This document shows positions 21,635 to 33,065 of a stretch of 59,454 bases of DNA, piece by piece. The translations under genes and the position numbers were made by a program. The notes beneath the pieces are model-generated. The model worked only from the letters and a program-made list of their open reading frames with translations, was not told the DNA's origin and made no database searches. Origin of the DNA: Prasinococcaceae sp. CCMP 1430 (lineage: Eukaryota > Plantae > Prasinodermophyta); NCBI GenBank assembly GCA_013416795.1, contig RQSC01000032.1, forward strand, positions 853,566-913,019, in the 5' to 3' direction. Position 1 is the stretch's first letter, and every line of letters starts with the position of its first letter.

Positions 21635-24187
21635 ATGACGCCCGGTGGCGGCGCGCCCCGCGATGGCGAGGACGGCTTCCTTGCCGCGCGCGAGCGTGCG
21701 CGCCAGCGTGCCGCCAGTGGACAGATTGGCGCTGGCCAGCGGGCGCTGCCCCTCTCGCGTCTTGCCTCCACGCACTATGCCGACGAGGACGAGGACGGGG
21801 GCTTCCTCGCCGGACGCAAAAGCGAGAGGACGCGCCTGACACCGGCTGGTGCGCTGGCCTCCGACAGCAGCTACGACCCGGCGCCGCCGCCGAGAGGGGG
21901 CAGCGCCTCGCACCGCGTGTCATCGCAACGCATGGTGGAGATCGAGATGAACGAGGGTCCTTCGGCTGACACACCCTCGTCGGCGTCGACAGGTGCGTAT
22001 GTGAGGCAGCCGCTGTGGGCGCGTGTCGCGCCGCTTGCGTCGACCACTGACCGACAACTACGCAACAATGCGGGCGCGCGCCGCGCGCGCCCGTCGTGGG
22101 TTGCAATCGCAGACTCGGGAGAGTACGAGGGAGAGCACACAACGTGCTGTGGTTGCAGTAGCGGCCTCTTTGTGTTCTGGCGCTTCGCGCTTGCGCTATC
22201 CGTGCTGCTCTCGCTGGCAGACACCGCGTCTGACATCTCTGTGATCGTGCTGCTCGCACGTGACGAGAACTGGACGGGCTTTGGCATGACCCTTGGTGAG
22301 AGTGCGCGAGGGACGCACAGAGCGCGCTGCTTTCACTGTGTGCGTTCCCTCGCGGTGCGGCGGTCGTGCGAGCCCGCAAGAGCGATGGGCGCGTGTCCAG
22401 CCGCGCGTGTGCTCGAGCCCCCGTTGCGACGACTCGCTGACACGCCAGGCGCGCACGCATGTACATTGCTCATCCCTAGGCTTCACTGTCGTCCCGAACT
22501 TCGTCATTGGCTTCTATGAGGCCAAGGAGCTCAAGGCTCACGGCGAGTCCCAGCTGGTCCAATTGGTGGGCTTGCTCTGCTCCTTCTTGGGGGTGGGGGT
22601 GGCATTCACGGCGGTCAGAGCTATCAGCAAAAAGGAAGCGCACTCGGGTATCGGCGAGCAGGGCTTTCCCGTTGCGCACTTCCGTGCCGTACGTTTGCTC
22701 GAAGTCATGTTCGAGTCGGTCCCACAGGCCATTTTGCAGACGTATTTTGCGATCCAGTCCGACAAGCTCTCCTTCTTCGGAACGCTGACCTTCGGCGAGG
22801 TCTTGTTTCGTCTAAGCATCATGTTTTCGCTGATCCAAGTGGCCTTCTTCCTGACATCGATGGAGGTGAGTGTGCGCGAGCGCGCGCCCGTGCGCGCCCG
22901 TGTGGCAGGCTAGCCAACTCGAGCACGCGCTGACCGCACCCCCCCCCCCCCATTCTCTCTGCGTAGTGCACGGGGTCGTCGGCGTTCGACGGCTTTGGCC
23001 TGATGAAGCTGTGCACAGCAGCTACGCTGCTCTTCTTGTGGCGTGTGGGTGAGGTGGGAAGCCGCGTCTTCCTCCTGAGCATGTTTGCGTACGGCTTCGC
23101 CCCGTACGCCGCAATCCTCGAAGTCGTCGGAGAGGCGGTCGTGCTTTTCCTTCTCGTGGGAGCGCAGCAGGTGCTGAGATGGGCGCTGCGCAAAGGCTCG
23201 CGACGCCAACGGGCAAGTCGTGACCTCGAGATGGTCGTGGGCCTACCAAGCGGGGTCAGCGGGCACGAGACGTGGGCGGAGGCCAAGAAGGCTGCTGCAG
23301 CGCACGCTGCGGCAGAGCGGCACCTGACACCCTCGGGGAGCGGCCTGACGACGGTCAGCACCGCTGCCAGCGATGATACGACCATTGTGCATCGGGACCA
23401 GCCGCACGACGAGAGCTTCGCAGCAGCCGACCGACACACTCGCGCCGCCGATGTGGATAGGTGGGAGCACGCGTCTCGTCCACGCGAGGAGTCAACGTCG
23501 GCGTCTGAGGGCGTAGCGACGGCCGCCGTGCCTCGCCATAGACGCACTGCTACCCCAGAGACACTGACGCAGGCGATGACGACGCCTGTTCTCGATACGA
23601 TATCGGAGGTGAAGGCGTTTGGCCAGGGTGACTACGGGCTCATGGCGATGGGCCTCCCGGTATTCTTTGTCTCCGACGCGCGCGGCTACAACGATCAGGG
23701 CGTGAGGACTGGCCTGTACGAGGCACGCGCCGGCCAGGGACTGTCCAACCTCTCGCGCGGAATCATCCCAGCCGCGCTCTATTTCACCGTCAGAGCAATC
23801 AGCCAGGTGGTGATGGGCATGCTCGTCGTTTGCGGCTCGGGCTCGTGCAGCCTCACGGACCTCGCAGGCGACTTGGAAGGCTGGAATGATGGCACGACTC
23901 GCGTGGCCATTCTGTGCGCGATCATCTTCACAGGATTGATGTGGTTTGGTCTGGGTGTGTATCGCTGGGTGGTCGTGGACCGCCGGCGGGACGTGCTGCG
24001 GCAGCGCGGGAATTGGCGCAGCGTGGCCGAGATCGACGACCATCTCTCCCCCCCGCGGCCGCCGGTAGCAGTAGCGGGTGCGAGCAACGGCACAGGCCAG
24101 AACGTGCGAGGCGCAGTCATCGAGCTTGAGCCGTTTCCAGAGCAACCCCACTTGCGTGGGCGAGCTGCATCGGATGTGGACTTCTAA
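21635..24187 (+). CDS. XK-related (XKR) membrane protein, putative phospholipid scramblase; introns 22296-22479 and 22866-22966
   Basis: ADTASDISVI and LLEVMFESVPQAILQTY XK-family motifs; both introns GTGAG...TAG with in-frame junctions. Confidence 0.8.
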
Positions 24188-24354
24188 ATTGCAAGAGCAC
24201 TTTCAGTTGCGGGAGTGGTAGGGGAGGGTACCATCGCTGGCGCACAAAAACACCATTTAACAGAACGAGCAAATTGATCTTGCAGGGTCTTCAATGCTTC
24301 GCAGCAGGCTCGCGCGCTTCGGATCTGCGTGCGCGCGGCACGTACTGGCGCATT

Positions 24355-26793
24355 TCATGCGGAGCGCCTGGAACTACTCCACTCGACGAGCAGGTCGTCT
24401 ACCGAGGGCCGCTCTCCCTTGGTGAAGACGAAATCGAGGCCATACGTCAGCCGCAAGTCCTCAATCTCGTCGTCTGTGTGCGCGTTCCCCGTCACCATTA
24501 CGATGGCACCACCGTAGCCAAACGCGCGTATAGCTGCTGTTGCGTCGAGCCCATTCATGCTCGGCATCTCATTGTCCATTATGATCAGACCGTACACATG
24601 TCGCCTCTGCACGTGCTCGAGCGCCTCGAGCCCATCGCTCGCGTAAGTGACGCTGAGGCCGCACTTCTTCGCTGCGCGCCCGAGCACCATTCGGCAGAGG
24701 CGCGAGTCGTCGACGACAAGCACGTCGCGGTGCATGAGTGAGCTTTGCGTCAATGGCTCGCAAATGCGGCTGGCCATCCGCGCCACCACGGTCCTCGCCT
24801 TGTCGTGCGAGCCATCGGCGGTCATGCCCGTGGCGCTCGACGCGCGCCGCAGATTGATAGCTATGCGGACGGCTGTGCCAGCTCCGACCGCCGAGCGCAA
24901 CTCAAAAGTGCCGCCGAGGGTCTCCACGATGCGCTTTGAGAGTGGCAGTCCCAGACCCGTTCCTTCGTTCTCATTGGTTGTGCATCTCACGCGGGCGAAC
25001 TCGGAGAGCAACTGAGGCACCTTGTCCTCGGGAATGCCGCAGCCCGTATCCCTGCACACGAGCGTGACGTCGATCGAGGTGGCGTGCTCGAGGATTTCCC
25101 ACGCGAGCACAATGGTGCCGCTGGACGTGAACTTGCTCGCGTTGCTGACAACGTTGCTCAAAACTTGGGTAAGCGCCGGGAGCGAGCCCTGCACCCAGGT
25201 ACCGCGCGGGAGCAGCGCAGAGCGCGGCACGAGATCGAAGCGCACGCCCGCTCTGGCGCAGTTCCTCCCAATCGAAAACGACACTGGGGGCGGGGTGGGG
25301 CGGGTAACGCGTCAGCTTCGCGCGTGCGCGCGCGCGCAAACGTGGACACACGCACACGCACGCACGTGCGCGCGCGCGCAAACGTGGACACACGCACACG
25401 CACGCACGTGCGCGCGCGCGCGCGCACCATCCAAGAAGTCGCGCAGGTCGAAAGGCCGCGTCGGAAAGGTCGCGTTCCCGCTGCGCAGCTGCGCCATCGC
25501 CAGGACGTTATTCAGAATCGATGTGACCGTCCCAAGTGCCACCATGACCGCCTGCTTGTCCGACGGGGGGTCGAACTCCTGATCCTCGACAATGGTCATC
25601 GACGGCATGAGCTGGTTACGTGTTTCGTGCGAGAGGAAGTGCAGCGCCGTTGAGAGTCGCTGGTTCGCCTTGGCCTCCGTCTCGAAGCACTCGCGCTCGA
25701 CGCGCCTGAAGATATACATGAGAATGGCCGAGCCACACAGGGGCCCCCAGAAGCCTACGTCGTACCAGTGGTACACGGCGAAGAAGCCGCAGAACGAAAA
25801 CCGCGTCGCGAGAAAATCGGCGAAAGTGAAGCCAGGGAGCACCAAACACATGAGCGGGATCCCAACGATGTTGAGCTGCGGGTAGTAGGCATCCTGCAAG
25901 AATGTCTGGTTTTGCACAAGCGTCCACCACAGCGGGACCACGACGAAGGCGACCATTCGTATGTAGCTCACGTTGGTCACGGGAAGCTCCACGTTATTGA
26001 GCGGCCGCAGCGGGCGGGCGAGGCCGCTTGGGGGCGCCATGATCATGTTCGGGTACGTATTCACGATCGCCAAGTAGATGGCAGTGACCAGCGCGAAGCT
26101 CAGCGAGGGCTCGTACAGCAGTCGCAGTTCGTGCACATACCACACGACGAGTGTAACGATTCCGATCTGACCGACTGGGGTGCGCGCATAGCCCACGCGC
26201 TCCTCAACGAATCGCTTCTCCAGCTCCTTGTCGTGCAGACACAGCCCCAGCATGTGATCGCACGCGTGCGCGTTGAGGGTGAGGAATGCCATCACGCACC
26301 AGCAGACAGCGCGGACGTCGGTGATCGCCCACCGCGGCAGGATCCCATAGCGCATTGCTGCCCACGCCACGCCGACAATCGCCCACGCGCACGGCGCTCC
26401 GCTGCGCCATACTGCGTTGAAACCACCACGCACTCGCTGCCATGGCAAACGACCAGCAGCCCCGCTGGACGGACTAGCGCCGCTGCCACCCTTGGCAGCA
26501 CCCGGCGGTCTTCGCTCGCGCATCGCAGCCTCGCGAGCCGCCGCCGTCGCGGCCTCCCATTCCTCCGCCGCAGGATGGCGGCTCTGACGCTCGTCCCACT
26601 CGCCTCGGACCGCGCCTTCCGAGGGGGCAAGGACGTCTTCCTGGAGGGCGCCAGACTGCGAGCGCAGAAAATCGGCACGGAGATTCCCCTCATCGCTGGT
26701 GTCCGACCCCTCGATGTCGGCTTCGCTGCCAGCAGGGCTCACCACCCGCGCAAGCTTCCGCCCCCGGGCGCCGCGCGCCCCCGATTTCGGCAT
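24355..26793 (-). CDS. Membrane-bound hybrid histidine kinase (multi-TM sensor, HisKA, HATPase_c, receiver); intron 25284-25427
   Basis: H-box SHETRN, N-box NVVSNASKFT, G1 DTGCGI, G2 GTGLGL, receiver VLVVDD...IIMDNEMP...TGN...TK. Junction DFLD|VSFS is in frame. Confidence 0.92.
25323..25425. repeat. 42-bp tandem repeat (about 2.4 copies) inside the histidine kinase intron
   Basis: cgtgcgcgcgcgcgcaaacgtggacacacgcacacgcacgca at 25323 and 25365, partial at 25407. Confidence 0.9.
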
Positions 26794-26917
26794 CCGCGCG
26801 CGCCGCCTGTGCGCCCAGCCCGCACTCTCTTTTCGCGGCGGCGGCTGGCACTGTGCCGCCGGACTCCGCGCCGCTGTGCCCCCAAAGAGCTGCGAGGCAA
26901 TGTCGGCCTCAACGCAC

Positions 26918-26966
26918 TTCCGATGCTGATGAGGACCGCGATGATCAGGCCGTAGATGCCCAGCAC
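26918..26966 (-). pseudogene. Isolated fragment of a V-ATPase proteolipid subunit c coding exon
   Basis: Translates VLGIYGLIIAVLISIG, nearly identical to the conserved VHA-c TM2, and is followed by a GTGCGT donor. No other VHA-c sequence is nearby. Confidence 0.7.
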
Positions 26967-27325
26967 CCGTCCCCACGCCCCAACCCCGACCCTCGGGTGC
27001 GCGGGGGGCGGCGACCTCCGCCGCTCCGCGCTGAGTGGCGCGCTCAGCGGGCGCGCGCGACACGCCCTCGCGCTGCTTCGGAATTTGCGCGCGGGAATGA
27101 GCGCTGGCTGGACCGACACGCGCGGCATGGGCGCGGCGTGAAGACGCGCTGACGAGCGGCTGCGGCCACAGCGCGCGCCCGCCGCGACGCGGCCGTCCCG
27201 GCGGGAGCGAGGGCGGACGGGAGGGCGGACGGGCACGGAGGGGCTTACGGGGGGGGGGGGGAGAAGGGGAGGAGGGTCGCGCGTTCGCGGCGCCGAACCT
27301 CCAGCTCTGCGCGCGGTCGGGCGCC

Positions 27326-27982
27326 ATGGCGCAAATGCGGCTCGCGAAGGAGCTCAAGGAGGTGCGCGGGCGGCGCGGACGGGCGCTGGCGCGTAGGGCG
27401 GTCGCGCGGGCCCGCGGGGAAGCGCGGGGCCGGTTGCGCGTGCTGAGGGGCGTCGAGTGCGCTCATGCGCGTGGCTGCAGTGGCGCAGGTCGTGAGTGCT
27501 GACGCCGCGCCGCGCTGGCGCACGTCATGCCCCTTTGTGCGCAGATCGAGCGCGAGCGCCGCAAGACGGGGGACCAAGACATCGCGCTCATGCCACGCGA
27601 GGGGGATCTGCTGTGCTGGGACGCAGTCGTGCACGGCCCGCCCGACACGCCCTACGCCGGCGGCGTTTTCCGCCTCTCGATGAAGGTACCGACCGAGTAC
27701 CCCATCGCGCCGCCGCTTGTGAGCTTCGTCACGCCCATCTTCCATCCCAACGTGCACTGGAAGACGGGCGAGATCTGTCTGGATATCCTCAAGACGGCGT
27801 GGTCGCCCGCCTGGACGCTGCAGAGCGTGTGCCGCGCGATCACCGCGCTGATGAGCTGCCCCGAGGGCGACTCGCCGCTCAACTGCGACGCGGGGAACCT
27901 GGTGCGTGCCGGGGACCTCCGCGGCTTCGCGTCCATGGCGTCGATGTACACCAGGAAGTACGCCACGGGGCGCGGGCGCTAG
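27326..27982 (+). CDS. PEX4: Peroxin-4 ubiquitin-conjugating enzyme E2; intron 27362-27544
   Basis: FHPNVHWKTGEICLDILKTAWSPAWTLQSVCRAI...DSPLNCDAGNLVRAGD matches plant PEX4/UBC21. Confidence 0.93.
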
Positions 27983-28301
27983 CCACCCGGGCGCTCGTGC
28001 AGGCGAGCGCCGCCGCTTCAGCTGCGCGCTGCGTGCGCGGCCCAAGCACTGTGACAGTATGTACTATGAACGACGCCGCTCGCGTCCATGCTTTGCGAGC
28101 GCCCATGGACCCGCGCCCTCTGGCGCACGCCTCACTAGCTGCACGCTGTCGCCGCAGGTTGTCGGGGGACGGGAGGGAGGGGGAAGTGGAGGGGGAAGGG
28201 CGACGTGGGGTGCCGCACTTTACAGTCACAGCCCGGGGCCTCGCGCTGTGCACGATCGCAGCACAGCGCAACGTCCGCCTTGCGACCTTCGATGTCTACT
28301 C

Positions 28302-28742
28302 TCATGTACCATCGTCGCCCTCGCCCGCGCCTTTGCCCTGAGGTTCGGCAAGTGCCGCCGCCGCGGCTTTGCCAGCGCCGTCCACGGCACCTGCCCGCCT
28401 GGCGATCGCGTCCTTGAGCACAGAGAACACGAATGCCTCAGCGCCCGCGATACCGTCGGGCAGGTTCCAAGAGAGCATGACGGGCATGCCCAGCCGCATC
28501 GACGCGCGCTGTGCCAGCGCAGCGCCCGGGTGGTCGCCGCTGCCGCCGCCGCCAAGCAATGCCGTCGCCGGGGGCGGGCCAGCGCCCGCGCCCGCGTCCG
28601 CTCGCGGCGCCGCTGCTGCGTGCAGCACGCCGAAGCGCGCGTCGGCGCCCCCGGCCCACGCAAGCAGCTGGCCATCGAGTGCGATTACCTCCACGTGCAC
28701 CTCCGCACCGTCCAGCTCGCGCGAGGCCCGCACCACCTCCAT
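28302..28742 (-). CDS. PSMG4: Proteasome assembly chaperone 4-like
   Basis: ~146 aa; ATALLG...ALAQRASMRLGMPVMLSWNL fits the PAC4 pattern. Confidence 0.75.
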   Translation of the reverse strand: MEVVRASRELDGAEVHVEVIALDGQLLAWAGGADARFGVLHAAAAPRADAGAGAGPPPATALLGGGGSGDHPGAALAQRASMRLGMPVMLSWNLPDGIAGAEAFVFSVLKDAIARRAGAVDGAGKAAAAALAEPQGKGAGEGDDGT

Positions 28743-29070
28743 CACCTTGTCGCCGCGCGCGCTGGAGACGGGGGCGGGTAGCGCCCGGCAGCGCAGCGTC
28801 TCGCCGCGCCACCCACGCCAAGCGGGAGCGGTGCGGGCCCTGTGCGTCGCAGTGCCCCCGGCGGGGCGCTGCAGACCACCCCCCGCCGCGGCACGCGGCG
28901 GCCGCGCCGCTGCAGCGGCGCGAGTGCGCGCTGTCGCACAACTCTGGGCCGCGCGCGAATTTGAGCGCACGCGCCAAGGGGTGCTGATCATAGTGCGCGT
29001 GGAGCGCGCGGCGGCGCCCCCGCCACAGTAGCAACCTCCCCGGCGGGGACATCCGCGGCGGGGTTCATCG

Positions 29071-30556
29071 ATGGCGTGGCATGCGTTGCGCCGCGCTGCC
29101 GCCCGCGCGGCTCGCGCGGCCGGACTGCGCCACGTGCACCGCGCATGCGCGCCCGCTTCTTCAGGCGGGGGGGCCGCGCCATCACCGTTGCGCACAGCGG
29201 CGGCGCGCGCGTACGCGGCAGCGAAGCGCGGGCGGAGGAAGGTGTCCGCGGGCGTCCAGACGGGCGGTGCTACGCGCGACAGGGACGCGGCGCTCGCGGC
29301 AGCCATGCAACAGCTCGAGGCCAACTTTGGCGCTGGCGCGGTGATGCGCCTCGGCGATCAGGGCAGCAACGCGGACGCCATCGACGCCGTGTCGACTGGA
29401 TCGCTGCTGCTCGACCGCGCGCTGGGCGTCGGGGGGCTGCCGAAGGGGCGCGTGGTGGAGATCTACGGCCCCGAGGCGAGCGGCAAGACCACGCTCGCGC
29501 TGCACGCAGTCGCGGCCGCGCAGGCCGCCGGCGGCAACGCAGTATTCGTGGACGCTGAGCATGCTCTGGACACGCGCTACGCGTCCAAGCTCGGTTGCGA
29601 TGTTGGCGCGCTCGTGGTCGCGCAGCCGGATACGGGCGAGCAGGCGCTGGAGGTGGTGGATACGTTCGTGCGCAGCGCGAGCGTCGACGTGGTGGTGGTC
29701 GACTCGGTGGCCGCGCTTGTGCCGCGCGCCGAGCTCGAGGGTGAGATGGGCGATGCGCACATGGCACTTCAGGCGAGGCTCATGAGCCAGGCGCTGCGCA
29801 AGCTCACGCACTCGCTCGCGCGCTCCAACACGCTCATCATCTTTCTCAACCAGATCAGAAGCAAGGTGAACACTTTCGGCTATGGTCCCAACGAGGTCAC
29901 CGCCGGCGGCAATGCGCTTAAGTACTACTCGAGTGTTCGGCTCGACATCCGCCGCATCGGCAGCGTCAAGGGCAAGGGCGACGAGGTCGTCGGTTCGCAG
30001 GTGCGCATCAAGGTGGCCAAAAACAAGCTCGCGCCACCCTTCAAGACGGTCGAGCTGGAGATCGACTTCGGCAGGGGCCTCTCATGGGAGGCCGAGCTCA
30101 TCGATGTGGCGGCGAAGCATGGCATCGTGGCCAAGGCAGGCGCCTTCTTCAAGTACAAAGATCAGGTCATCGGGCAGGGCAAGGAGGCGGCTAAGAGGAG
30201 ACTGCGTGAAGACGAGGTGCGCCAGCCGCGAATACTCTCACTGTACCTCGCTCCACTTCACCGCCCGCGCGTTGGTGCCACGCTGACACGCAGCGCCGGC
30301 GCTTCGTCCGCCGCAGGAACTCGCGGATGAGCTCGAGGCGAAGGTGCGGGCGGTTTTGTTCCCCGAGGATGCCGAGCTCGAAGCTGCCGCCGCTGCATAT
30401 GACAATCCGAGCGGCGACAGCGACGGCGAGCAAGCGGAAAATGCCGGGAGTGAGGAAGAGGAGGAGGGGGAGGAGGAGGAGAGGTGCGGCGCCAGGCCCG
30501 ACGGCGAGGATGGCGGCAGTGCCCACAACGCGCCTCAGGTGGCAAGCTTATTATAG
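29071..30556 (+). CDS. RECA: Organellar (probably mitochondrial) RecA with presequence and acidic C-tail; intron 30217-30316
   Basis: Walker [46 protein letters not shown]; Arg/Ala-rich N-terminus; in-frame splice EDE|ELAD. Confidence 0.95.
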
Positions 30557-30648
30557 CTCTTGCATGGCTGCGAGCACAGCACTCGGCACATCGCGCGCGC
30601 GCTAGCTGGACGTAACTTGCCTCACCACGCATCAGCCAGGCTGTCCCC

Positions 30649-31371
30649 TCACTCTTCCGGTTGTGCCATGCCGAGGCGCTCGAGCGTGGCCTGCTGCTCG
30701 GCCTCACTGAGCGCCATGAAATCAAAGATGCTCTTGTCACCTAGATCAGCCTCGACGGGCTGCGTCCACTTGCGCGCTCCGAAGGTCGCCATCGCAAGCA
30801 AAAGGAGCGTGGCGACGCCGCGCTCGGCGCCCTCGCCCAGCGCGCCTGTGAGGTGGCCCAGCAGACCAACGGGCAGTAGCGCGGCGATCACCGCGGCCTC
30901 CGCCTTGCCGTAGCACAAGCCCTCCTTGATCGCGAGGCCAGTGAGCGCAGCGAACATCGGGCCGACCAACCACACGCCCCAAGGGTGGGCGGCCACCCAC
31001 AGCGCGAGTGGAGCGTCACCCGCGAGCGCGAGCTTCGCCCCGAGCGACCCGACTGCACCCACGGCGTACAGCGCGAGGATAGCGTTCTTTATCTCCGCAG
31101 CGTACATGTGGACCATGACAAGTGCTCCGCCCAGGCCGAGAGCGCCTGTGAGGTACATCGTGTCGATCAAACCAGCGGGCGGGGCATCGGTGGCGAGCAC
31201 CACCGCAGTGCCGACGCAGAAGGCGGCGGTCGCCGCCGACAGCGCGCCGCGGTACAAGAAGACCTCGCGCTCGTCTTCAACTGTGAGCGTCCACTCGCCA
31301 AAGCGCCCGCGGAACGTGGGCCGGCCGGCGCCCTCGCCCGCGCCGGCGCCCGACCCCCGCCGGACGCGCAC
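30649..31371 (-). CDS. DUF2301 family integral membrane protein (plastid, cyanobacterial-type); in-frame start not found
   Basis: GRFGEWTLTVEDEREVFLYR, HMYAAEIK, KEGLCYGK, RKWTQP..D.GDKSIF. Confidence 0.8.
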   Translation of the reverse strand: MRVRRGSGAGAGEGAGRPTFRGRFGEWTLTVEDEREVFLYRGALSAATAAFCVGTAVVLATDAPPAGLIDTMYLTGALGLGGALVMVHMYAAEIKNAILALYAVGAVGSLGAKLALAGDAPLALWVAAHPWGVWLVGPMFAALTGLAIKEGLCYGKAEAAVIAALLPVGLLGHLTGALGEGAERGVATLLLLAMATFGARKWTQPVEADLGDKSIFDFMALSEAEQQATLERLGMAQPEE

Positions 31372-31745
31372 TGTGGCGGCGCCGCCCGCGCTGCAGCGCC
31401 CGCACGCGCGCGCGCGCGCTCACATTCACATGTCCTCTCATCTCCACAAGTGGCAAGTGGCAAGCGCATGACACACACAGACTGGGAAGTGGAAGGAAGT
31501 ACAGTACAGTACTATGAATGCATTTAAACCTCTCATTTACCCACGGGCGATCTTGGGTGGCTTCGCATGCGTTTCGCCCCTGCCTTCGGGGCGCGCGCGC
31601 GCGGCGGGAGCGGCCTGGCTGGGGCTTGCGCCACCTCCCGCCAGAGCGAGCACGCGCTGCGCCCCATCCCACCCGCGGCCAGCCCTCCTCAACCCGCCTT
31701 CCCCCCCCCCCCGCTTGGTCGGTCTCCTCGACAAGGAGCGCATCG

Positions 31746-32868
31746 ATGATCCTCGCCCGCGGCGCCGCGCGCGTCGCGCTCACGCGCGGGCTCGCCGCCG
31801 CGGACAACAGTCCAGGAATTGCGCAATCGTAATGCGCGGGCGGCGGCGCGGCCACGCGGCGTGCGGGTGCGCGCACGTTCGCGTCGGACGGTGGGCTGGG
31901 CGAGGCTATCGCGGCAGAGCTGGAGGAGGAGGAGGGGAACGGCGCCGGCCTGAACGACGGGGTGCGTTCCGCGAGCGCTGCCGCCCGCAGCGACTCGCGC
32001 CCGCATGCTGCGACCCTCGCCTCGTCCGCAGCACAGCGCAATGGCGGAGCAGTGCACGCGCACGCGGCCAGCCAGCATGCTCGCCGTCGTCTCCTTTTGT
32101 CCGCCTTCGCATGCATCAGCGTGTCGATGCCCGAGTCGCTGACGCCCTTCCCCTACAAACGTGGTGTCGCTCCCGCAGCCGCCGCCTCCCAATGACTTCG
32201 TCGTTGAGCCGACCCCAGGCATGCGCAACGTGATCGCCAAGCGCTCCGTCGACGGCGACGACGTTACGGTCACCCTGGACGTGTTCGGAGAGACCGACGA
32301 CGTGGGCGAGCTGCCGCCGGAGCTCGGCGGGCCCGCGCCCGGCGACGATGAGGATGAGCCAGCGCGCTTCTTCACGGCGATGGTCAAGGTCGAGAGGGCC
32401 GGCGGCAAGGCCATGTCGTTCCAAGTGGAGCTCGAGCAGGGTGCGTGCGCCTCGCGCATCGTGCTACGATGTCAATGCGCGCGCACAAAGCTTGGACGCA
32501 TCCGAGGGGAGCGTCCCGTGGGGCCAGCGCGCAGTGGCGACGCTCGCGCGCCAAGCGAGCGACCGCACTGACACGCGCGCCCTCGTGCACCCGCACGCGC
32601 ACGCGCGATGCCCCTCTCGCACACAGACTCGTTCGAGGTCTTGAGTGCGCAGACCCCGCCTATGGATCTGGATGCCATCAACGACCAGCGCTACCTGTCG
32701 CCCGAGTACGAAAACCTCGCCGATTCGGTGCAGGACGCCGTCGTGGCCTTCCTTGCCGAGCGTGGCATGGACGAGGAGTTCTTCGGCTGGCTCTTCAACG
32801 CCGCCATCGACAAGGAGGAGGCCGAGTACGTCGAGTGGCTGCGCCGCGTCAAGGACTTCCTGGAGTGA
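31746..32868 (+). CDS. Mitochondrial glycoprotein MAM33/C1QBP family; introns 31962-32178 and 32441-32626; in-frame TAA at 31830 in the presequence
   Basis: LGEAIAAELEEE, then YLSPEYENLADSVQDAVVAFLAERGMDEEF...KEEAEYVEWLRRVKDFL; both introns are phase-consistent. Confidence 0.85.
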
Positions 32869-33065
32869 CAGGGTACATCGGATTCGACGAGGCGCGCGAG
32901 TGCGTGGCACGCCTCGTCAGGTTGGTCGCCGAGCAGGAGGGTAAAGAGTATCTATCAGAGGCCATTATTCTTACTTCGCGAGAGTCACGCATGCGAATAT
33001 GTACATGTGTCACAACAGTTTTGCGCTCCAGGCGCTCGCCTGCGCGGTGCGCACGAGCGGCGACG

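Noticed and set aside
29071-30556. Bacterial contamination or recent HGT of recA
   Set aside because: Has an organellar presequence and a spliceosomal intron; nuclear-encoded organellar RecA is standard in green plants
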